64,000 nucleotides of DNA from Phyllobates terribilis. Lineage: Eukaryota. The DNA lies in contig NW_027362769.1 in assembly GCF_046119375.1 (NCBI RefSeq), positions 179,738,001-179,802,000 on the forward strand. The letters are read 5' to 3'. The translations under genes and the position numbers were made by a program. This document shows, in pieces, positions 55,370 to 64,000 of this stretch. Position 1 is the first letter of the stretch. The number at the start of each line of letters is the position of its first letter. The notes under the pieces are model-generated. The model searched no databases, was not told the DNA's origin, and worked only from the letters and a program-made list of their open reading frames with translations.

Positions 55370-58300
55370 GTAAGTTACATCGATGGTACTGTATTTGCTG
55401 CAGCAATCGCTCAATATATTATATTTTAAAGGGGGTTGTCTGCACTCGGTAAAAAACAAGCATCGTCCATATTATCCCTTCTGGTCCTGTAGAGTCTCAT
55501 CCATCTTTCTCACATGATCACTATAGCCAGGGGCTTACATACCATTGGAGCAACATGTGGGGGCTGCACAGGGGCCACTATTACCTCCAAAGCAGGTGGG
55601 ATTGTGTATTATGATGAGCTCTTGGGCTGCAAAGGGCCCATGTATTGTTCTTGCACAAGGGCCCTCTTCTGTCAGTGTCCGCTCCTCATTACAGCCAATA
55701 ACATGTATATCCCAGTATTACTGCTGAGCTCGGTGATTGGCTGCAGTGGTCACATGAATCATGGCTGTGCTGCCATCACTGGCAGAATTACCCGGAGTGG
55801 GGTGAGGGATTGAATAGTTGAGTAAACATTTATTTTTTATAGCATTTCTTGTCCTTTGTCAGTTTGTGAAGCGCATTAAGGCTTTATTGTAGAATTAAAT
55901 GTTCTGTAACTTATTAATGGACTTTTGTGTTTCTTTTCCCCACGATCTTTGAGCTGACGGTCTGTGAATTATGTTCCTGATTACATTCAGACCAAGAGCC
56001 TTGTACAGAACTAATATTTCTTCCAGCTGATGGTTGGTTACAATTGTATTCAGTCTAAACAACCTTAATGTGAAATGGTTACATTGTATCTGTGCAGGAC
56101 AAATGTATCAAACGATCAGGACTTGATTCACTCACAGAACATTGTCTAAACTGATTACAAATGTAGAAAGCACTCAGCTGTGAGAAATATACCGCTAGAA
56201 TGGTAAAAAAAATGGCCGGTTACAAAGTTCTTTATTTGTACTCCAGAGCTGCACTCACTGTTCTGCTGGTGCAGTCACTGTGTACATACGGTACTGTGCA
56301 CATGTTTTAGGCAGGTGTGGGGAAAATGGAGCACAATAAGAATGTGTCCAAAAATAGAAGTGTTAATAGATTAATTTTTATCAGTTAACTCAATGCAATC
56401 CTGGAGGCGATAATCCGGCCCCACAGAGCCCCGATCTCCCATCATCCTGTCTGTCTGGGATCACCTGAAGAGACCTAAGAATTCGCACAAGCCTCATACA
56501 CAGAAGATCTGGGGTCAGTTCTCCAAGATGTTTGGAACAATCTCCTGCTGAGCGCCTTCATAACCAGTGTACAAGTGACAACAAGGGAGGAGGCGCCGGG
56601 CGGTCGCCAGGTACCGGTGATGGAGGCGCCGGGCGGTCGCCAGGTACCGGTGATGGAGGCGCCGGGCGGTCGCCAGGTCCTGATATTTAAATTTCTCTTT
56701 TCTTCGTTCTCTTTGCATTTTTTTCAATTGGTACAAATAAACTATTAACACTTCTTGGTTTGATAACTTCCTTATTGCGCAGCATTTTTTTCACACCTTC
56801 CAAAAAAACCTTTAACTCGGTGCTGTACATTAGATTGTGGAGTTTTGCAGTGAATGGTGTTCACCTTCTCTGTGCTATAGACCAGTACAGAGTATCTGCA
56901 TCTTTACTGTTGGAGCTGCTGCTGTAGAACCTCTTGCTTTTTTGTGGTTTCCGCTTTCTTTTCCACATTAGTCAGGGTTGAGGGGTCGCCATTGTCTGTG
57001 CAGAATGAATAAGCCTTGGGGAGGATTGCGGTGTACAAACACATGATGTCATGTCTCAATTCTTGGTGTTAGTAATTGCAGCGTTCGCCTCATCACTGAT
57101 GAGCGGTGGCAGCACCTGCGCACGTTACCATCACAGAAATATCTGGAGGTCTAGTAATGTAGGAATAGATATGGGCCGTGGTTCTGCACGATTCCTGTTT
57201 AGGTTTTTGGTCTGTCTGTTACAATGTGTCAGTCTGGCCGGATCCTCAGATCTGAGAAGAATTCACTTTGTACAGGTTGTTTCAGATGCCCATGTAATGA
57301 CAGCAAACACTGATCTTGAACGTGTTTAAAGAAAAACTTGCGTTTATTTTTGTTTTTCTTCTCTAAACCTGTGTGAATGTTAGTGTAATGTGTGTGTGTA
57401 ATACTCACTGATCGCTGTCCCCCCGTTTCTTGTGCCGCCGTCCCCGTCCGCTCCTCTTAGACTCGTGACTTTTACAATGTGAGTGCACGGCGCCTCATCC
57501 TGACGCTCCATAGACTTGTCTGTACAGAGCCCAGTGTAGGATGGCAGGTTGTAAGAGCTGTAACGTCACTCAAAGGACCGGAACAGCGCTAGAAACCCGG
57601 GAAGACAGCGATTGGGGACTACATTATCTCACCTGCACTAACATTTTCACAGGTATGAGGAATACAAAAAAAAAAAAAAAAAATTGATGGGAGTGCGTCT
57701 TTAGGAATTAAAACCGTACAGGGCCAAGTCATAATTTGCATCTTAAGTCCCTTTTCTTGTCTTGTGGTATTTGTTGACCTTTTTTTTTTACCAAATTCTA
57801 GAGTTTACACAATATTAAATAATGCTCTTTATTTTTTCTTGAACAGTTTGTAAAATAGATGTGAAAAGAATAAGGTATAAATGAAAAAACCTAAAAAAAA
57901 AAGGCTTAGACTGCGTATTTAATTGGGCCCTAAGTATAATCTGTAAGACTATGGTGTAGTTAATGATGGCCGCGATGATCTGCGGAGGTCAGACTTTGCA
58001 GCCCATAAACTATATATTGGCTTTACAATGTGTAGTGGGTATAGCGATCGAATATCACAAGGAAATGCTGTCACTTTGACCGCCGGGAGGCGAAATCTTT
58101 AGTATCAATGATTTTCCATGCACTTGGTGCTACCCAGTAAAACCAGCGCTGTGTCCCGTTCATTTTTAGGATTGATGGCGGTCCTATTGTCAGACCCTGT
58201 CCATAACACGGTGGCCATTATGTTTTTGGTTGGGATTTCCACCCTTAAATAAATCTTGCTTGTTTTGCAGCTGCACCATTAGTCGCTGCTTATATGCAGC

Positions 58301-61300
58301 ATACAGTATATGTGGATTAGTAGGGGGTATATGCCTGAGATGGCAGCAGCGGTGCTTGTAGGAATAACTGTGTTGTGCATTGCTTTCTGTACAGATGGAT
58401 GAGGACAGGAGTAGCTAAATGTTTCTCCAACCGTTCGTCTGTATAAGTGATCCATGGTTATCTCCCCCTGCAGATGAGCAGCAGGCCCTGGACTCCATCA
58501 TGCAGGATCTGGTCGTCCTCCATAAGGCCAGCAGACCGTCCCTGTCTCTGCATGAATCCAGCGCAACCAGAACCAGCTCTCCCAAGAAGCAGGTAGGAGT
58601 CTGCGTGCGGGATGAGACGGGATGAGAATCCACCACAAATCTACATACCGTTTTCTTTTAGAATCTGCAGCTGAAGATCTGTAAATGTATAAAGGTTTAT
58701 TTCCTCTATACTAGAGCTGCTTGGATTGTGCTTTTCTGATCCTTTGTCGTTTCTTAGGATATGTGTGAACGTCCAGGATTTGCTTGCAGAAATTTCTGCA
58801 TCTCTTGGCAGCAAAAATGCTGTGGAAAGTCCACACGTGTTTGATGCATATTTTTTTTTTTTTTTTTTTTTGCGTTTTCGTGCATTTTTGCCTGCAGATT
58901 TGCCATGCTTTTTTTTCCAATGCATTGTATAAGAAAAAACGCACAAAGAATGGACATGCTGATTTTTTTTTTTCCACACACAAAATTCTGTAAGGAAAAT
59001 CCTGATCATGTGCACAGATCTTGCAAAATCTCATAGGAAATGCTGAGATAAGGTTTGCAATGCGTTTTTTGGGGCCAATTCCGTGCAGATTTACGGCATC
59101 AAAAACGCACAAAAAATGCACTGTGTGCACATCACCTTACCCTCCAGTCACCCCCAGAGCAGCGAGCACAATCCTGTAACTCAGGTACTGGTCTTTTACC
59201 TCCCGTCTGATTGATTTCCTTACTGTTTTGCAGAATGATGTCCGTGTAAAGTTTGAACATCGTGGAGAGAAGAGGTGAGATGAAAATAGTTCTCCGTCCA
59301 TAACTGTTCTCTTTATGTTGGCCTTCACCACAGTACAATATGTGCATAAAGTATGTGCATCTCCTCCCCTGATAATGGGATGGCCGTTAAAGCATCAGCC
59401 ATTGGTATGAAGTAAAGTCCTGTGTTCAGATCTGCAGTCTCCATAGGTGGGCTTTATCCTCCTGTGCACCCCGATATATGGTGCCGCCTTTATCCTTGTG
59501 GTCTTGTGCGTTTACTTCCTTGCTAGTGATCCCCAGGTCATCTATACAAGCCTGAGATCACTATGTGACTATTGATGTAAAGCCACTAGTGCTGGACCCT
59601 CAAGCAGCGGGCATCCACGTCATCCTCTCTAATGGACGCAGATAAAAGCCGCACCTGCTCTGTGGTTTGGTAAGGGATGTGGTGCGCATACAGGTCTGAT
59701 CATTGTGGGGTCACTTGTTGTTGGCCATGTAGTGTGGCAACAATGCAATAATTTATCATGTCTGCTGAGAAGACGCCCCATACTTGTTATCCATTGTATA
59801 GGGGGTTATTACATCGAGGTCTTTACTGATTCCCCCCCCGCGCTGCCTCTCATTACTTTCCTGCAGCTGATCCCTCACATTCCTCTCGTGTTGGTCTGTA
59901 CCGCACTTATCAATGCTACCACATGACAGCGAGCAAAGGTTACCCGGCACGGGCCGCGGCCGCACGCCACGTACTACCAAGGACCCACAGAACAATACGA
60001 TTAATGTCCTTATCTGAAAGTGAAACTCCAGTTTCCAGTAATAATTTGCTAGGACGTGACTGCGGCTGTAGATCCTCCTGGGGATCCTACGTGTCTCACT
60101 GGCGCAGCAGAAGAGCACACGGCTTTTATAGCGTTTTTGGAAAAGAAACAGGTTCTAGAAAAAAAAAAATGTTCCTAGAATTGTAAGACCGGAAGTGAAG
60201 TTGTGCTTGTGGTTACCATGTGGTTAACGTTTCTTATTAAAGTCAGTGAGTGACAAATACTTTGCATGTGAAAGACATTTCATAAAAAATAACACGTTCA
60301 CCATCTCATGGCATCTGCAGGAAAAATGCAGCAAAACCACAAACCAAGTGGACACCAGCGATGTCCTGACAAAGCAGCCCTGCGGCATCTCATCAGCCGC
60401 GCGGCATCTCATCAGCCGCGCGGCATCTCATCAGCCGCGCGGCATCTCATCAGCCGCGCGGCATCTCATCAGCCGCGCGGCATCTCATCAGCCGCGCGGC
60501 ATCTCATCAGCCGCGCGGCATCTCATCAGCCGCGCGGCATCTCATCAGCCGCACGTGCCAGGAGGAAATCTGCACAAATATCTGCTCGTGTTGCTGTACA
60601 TACCACGACCATGCACCCTACATTTCACCCCTGATACTTTATAGGTATCTGCAGCAGACATTGACTTAATACAGATTTGAAAATCCACACGAAAATGTTT
60701 CCCAAATGCAAAGTCTCATCCACCATTAACGTGGCAGATTTTCATGGGGATTTCGGTCCATGCTACGTGCTAAAATCCAGTGCAGTGCAGATGGCTACGC
60801 ACGCAGATATGAAATGCTCGTCCTGGGATAAAAAGGCATGCCGCCACAACTCCATGCAGAAAGTGCCGAAAGATTTATACAGCCGCCACTAGAGGGAGCG
60901 CAGTACATATAGATAATACAGCCACCACTAGGGGAGCTCACTGTCTACAGATTATACATCCACCACTAAAGGGAGCTCACTGCATACAGATTATACAGCC
61001 ACCACTAGGGGGAGCTCACTGCATACAGATTATACAGCCACCACTAAAGGGAGCTCACTGCATACAGATTATACAGCCACCACTAGAAGGAGCGCAGTAC
61101 ATACAGATTTATACAGCCACCACTAGGGGGAGCTCACTGCATACAGATTATACAGCCACCACTAGGGGGAGCTCACTGCATACAGGTTTGTACAGCCACC
61201 AGTAGAGGGAGCTCACTGCATACAGATTATACATCCACCACTAGGGGGAGCTCACTGCATACAGATTTATACAGCCACCACTAGGGGCAGCTCACTGCAT

Positions 61301-63278
61301 ACAGATTATACATCCACCACTAGGGGGAGCTTACTACATACAGATTTGTACAGCCACTACTAGAGGAGCTCACTACATACAGATTTATACAGCCACCACT
61401 AGGGGGAGCTCACTACATACAGATTTATACAGCCACCACTAGGGGGAGCTCACTACATACAGATTTACACCAAGGGTCATATAGAACTCCATATTTTATC
61501 TAAATACAGTGAGCTCCCCCTAGTGGAGACTTCAGAAAGACAGGATTTTGTCATTAAAGTACCACTCCGGCATTTTTAATTTTGTTTTATTGCAATGCTG
61601 GAGTGGTGCAATTAATCTAAGTGCGTCTAGTCTTACACTTACCAACCGCCTTCTTCATCTTTTATCGACAACTTTCTGGTCGGTCTTCTGCACTTTGTAT
61701 ATTTTGCATCTCTTTAGTGTTTCTGGAGCAATCCAGAAGGCACAGCTCGATAGTCTGAGGCCAGAATGCGGCTCATAGACTTACATTGAGAGCTTGTGAC
61801 CATTACCTCTGACTTCTGGTCAGTCAGAAGTTGTGGTCGCAGGATGGCGGCGCAGGACCGGAGCGGTGCTGGGAAGAGCAGGATACTTGGGTCAGGGATC
61901 TTAGACTAGTTAGCTGCACCTTTCCAGCCTGGAAATAACCATTGGAGTGGTGCTTATAAAGGAAAGTGGGGGATTTAGAGTTGTGATTTGGAAGACTGGA
62001 TATATTAAGTTCTTGTACACAAGTTTTCTCCCACTTGAATAAAGAGTTATCTTGGAAGCGATGCGCATTGAGCTCTGCTGCCTGCAGTTTCCCGGGTGCA
62101 GGCGGCCGCTCTGGAGGCGTCTGTATTACTACTGTGTGAGCTGCGGAGCTGAGACTCATTCTGGGACTTGGTAAATGTGGTGTTTTTTTATGACCTGACT
62201 AAATCCACGTGAAAGCCGGAATCAGCCAGAAGCCAGCCGGGCTAATGCAATAATCTCTTGTTTACAGGATCCTGCAGTTCCCCCGGCCGGTCCTATTGGA
62301 AGATCTGTGCGCTAAAGCTAAAGTGGCCTTCGGGCAGTGCATGGATCTGCACTACAGCAATAATGAGGTGAGAGGCTACCGGTTAACTCGTGAAATGCTG
62401 GAGAAATGGAGTGCTTGTACGCCTCCGCCGTGTCTGCAGCCTCCGCCATCTCCAGCCTAGGCTGTGTCTGCAGCCTTCGCCAGCCTCCGCTGTATCTGCA
62501 CAGCTCGGTCTGGAGTCCTGGCTGATTGGGGGTCCGGACATCACATTGTAAAGTGCATCATGGGAATTAGGATGAGTGAACCAGTCCTCTTTCTGCCCGG
62601 CCCCTTCCTGCGCCTTCTCTCCTGTCTGACTCCCAGGTTATTAGGTAACTTCTGGGTAACTTTCCCCTCGGCTCGCCTGAGCGCACAGATCTCTTATCGG
62701 AGCATCTCCAGTACTTCTCTCATCGTGATCCAGGAGGTTTAGTCTTTGTCTTATGTCTGCAGAATGTTAAGTAAAGCCGTTATCCTAAATCCAGTGTATG
62801 AGAACCTCTGCAGCATCCTAAACCTTTACTCCAAGATGTTTGCTGTCAGTGAGTGTGAAACCTTCCTAGCCTAGTATTCATCACCGCTGAGGGTTTGGTA
62901 CAGTTATATCCAGCCTAGACTATCCTCTGGGCTCAAATCTCTCTTGTCCTGATAGTTTGTTACAGTGTATCAGTGCAGGGAAGTAGTTCCCAAGTTTCCA
63001 GGTAATTTTTTCAGAGATGCTCTTTAAAGCTCACATAAGGGGTACACTGGGGACCCCACGCTTTCTATCGCTAACTTATACCTAAATAGGATGGGTTTGC
63101 AGTTAAGACGGCAATAACATGGATCTTGCCTTGTGCAGGACTAACCAGGTGTCCTTCTCTACAGCTGGTGATCCCACTGAAAACCCAGGACGATTTGGAC
63201 AAAGCAGTGGAACTGCTGGACAGGAGCGCTCACATGAAGAGCCTGAAGATCCTGCTGGTCCTACATGTCCACAGTCAG
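55366..63278 (+). CDS. MAP3K2: MAP3K2/MEKK2, 5' partial; exons 55366-55369, 58474-58592, 59234-59274, 62268-62367, 63165-63278 (126 aa, PB1 domain)
   Basis: MDEQQALDSIMQDLVVLHKASRP...SSPKKQNDVRVKFEHRGEKRILQFPRPV...LVIPLKTQDDLDKAVELLDRSAHMKSLKILLV; LHKASRP and SPKKQNDVR favour MAP3K2 over MAP3K3; all introns GT-AG in frame. Confidence 0.92.
56300..56790 (+). mobile_element. Degraded Tc1-like remnant with a 30-bp triplication at ~56588-56678
   Basis: CCCCACAGAGCCCCGATCTC...GTCTGGGATCACCTGAAG resembles PPQSPDL...VWDHLK. Confidence 0.5.
58474..58592 (+). CDS. MAP3K2: MAP3K2 coding exon
   Basis: (D)EQQALDSIMQDL...SSPKKQ, 119 nt. Confidence 0.93.
59234..59274 (+). CDS. MAP3K2: MAP3K2 coding exon
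   Basis: NDVRVKFEHRGEK(R), 41 nt. Confidence 0.93.
60382..60552. repeat. 19-bp tandem repeat, ~9 perfect copies
   Basis: GCGGCATCTCATCAGCCGC. Confidence 0.95.
60878..61468. repeat. ~40-bp minisatellite, ~15 copies, with CCACTAGGGGGAGC core
   Basis: CAGCCACCACTAGGGGGAGCTCACTGCATACAGATTATA. Confidence 0.93.
62268..62367 (+). CDS. MAP3K2: MAP3K2 coding exon
   Basis: ILQFPRPVLLEDLCAKAKVAFGQCMDLHYSNNE, 100 nt. Confidence 0.93.
63165..63278 (+). CDS. MAP3K2: MAP3K2 coding exon
   Basis: LVIPLKTQDDLDKAVELLDRSAHMKSLKILLVLHVHSQ, 114 nt. Confidence 0.93.
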
Positions 63279-64000
63279 GTGAGAGGCCGCACACGATGTA
63301 TATCAACCCCAGCTCTCTGCTGGTCCTACATGTCCACAGTCAGGTGAGAGGCCGCACACGGTGTATATCAACCCCAGCTCTCTGCTGGTCCTACATGTCC
63401 ACAGTCAGGTGAGAGGCCGCACACGATGTATATCAACCCCAGCTCTCTGCTGGTCCTACATGTCCACAGTCAGGTGAGAGGCCGCACACGGTGTATATCA
63501 ACCCCAGCTCTCTGCTGGTCCTACATGTCCACAGTCAGGTGAGAGGCCGCACACGGTGTATATCAACCCCAGCTCTCTGCTGGTCCTACATGTCCACAGT
63601 CAGGTGAGAGGCCGCACACGGTGTATATCAACCCCAGCTCCCTGCTGGTCCTACATGTCCACAGTCAGGTGAGAGGCCGCACACGATGTATATCAACCCC
63701 AGCTCTCTGCTGGTCCTACATGTCCACAGTCAGGTGAGAGGCCGCACACGGTGTATATCAACCCCAGCTCTCTGCTGGTCCTACATGTCCACAGTCAGGT
63801 GAGAGGCCGCACATGATGTATATCAACCCCAGCTCTCTGCTGGTCCTACATGTCCACAGTCAGGTGAGAGGCCGCACACGCCTGTGTGTATATCAACCCC
63901 AGCTCTCTGCTGGTCCTACATGTCCACAGTCAGGTGAGAGGCTGCACACGTCTGTGTTTATATCAACCCCAGCTCCCTGACTGTCCTACATGTCCACAGT
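63252..64000. repeat. 65-bp minisatellite containing the MAP3K2 exon end and 5' splice site
   Basis: CTGCTGGTCCTACATGTCCACAGTCAG|GTGAGAGGCCGCACACG(A/G)TGTATATCAACCCCAGCTCT, at least 11 copies, runs off the window. Confidence 0.96.

Noticed and set aside
58419-58473. ORF-track N-terminus MFLQPFVC... for MAP3K2
   Set aside because: Intronic; the true start is the ATGG at 55366-55369 spliced to 58474
62268-62367. Two cysteine substitutions in the MAP3K2 PB1 domain versus human (LCAK, GQCM)
   Set aside because: Cannot be distinguished from ordinary lineage divergence without an alignment

Overview
Eukaryotic (vertebrate) genomic DNA, most likely an anuran amphibian; this is inferred from the repeat content and gene sequences. 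Three spliced genes could be reconstructed by hand with GT-AG boundaries and continuous frames. TMEM169 is on the minus strand (2 coding exons, 310 aa). PECR is on the plus strand (8 exons, 300 aa, ending in the peroxisomal signal SKL). The 5' part of MAP3K2 is on the plus strand (5 coding exons, PB1 domain; the gene runs off the window). The rest is dense with repeats. There is a very young full-length Ty3/Gypsy LTR retrotransposon (18453-26339), three Tc1/mariner copies plus remnants, TTAA-type (Kolobok/T2-like) and TTA-type (Harbinger-like) MITEs, an L1 3' fragment, a SINE, foldback elements and more than ten minisatellites. The main leads are: (1) a Gypsy with a UUUAAAC-plus-pseudoknot -1 frameshift signal, a single UAG-CAACUA stop between RNase H and integrase, and duplicated PBS and PPT signals; (2) TMEM169 and PECR promoters apparently pushed about 12 kb apart by a minisatellite holding nested transposons; (3) a minisatellite that has multiplied a MAP3K2 exon end and its splice donor. 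Most long ORFs in the supplied track are repeat artefacts. All family assignments come from motif recognition, not database searches.
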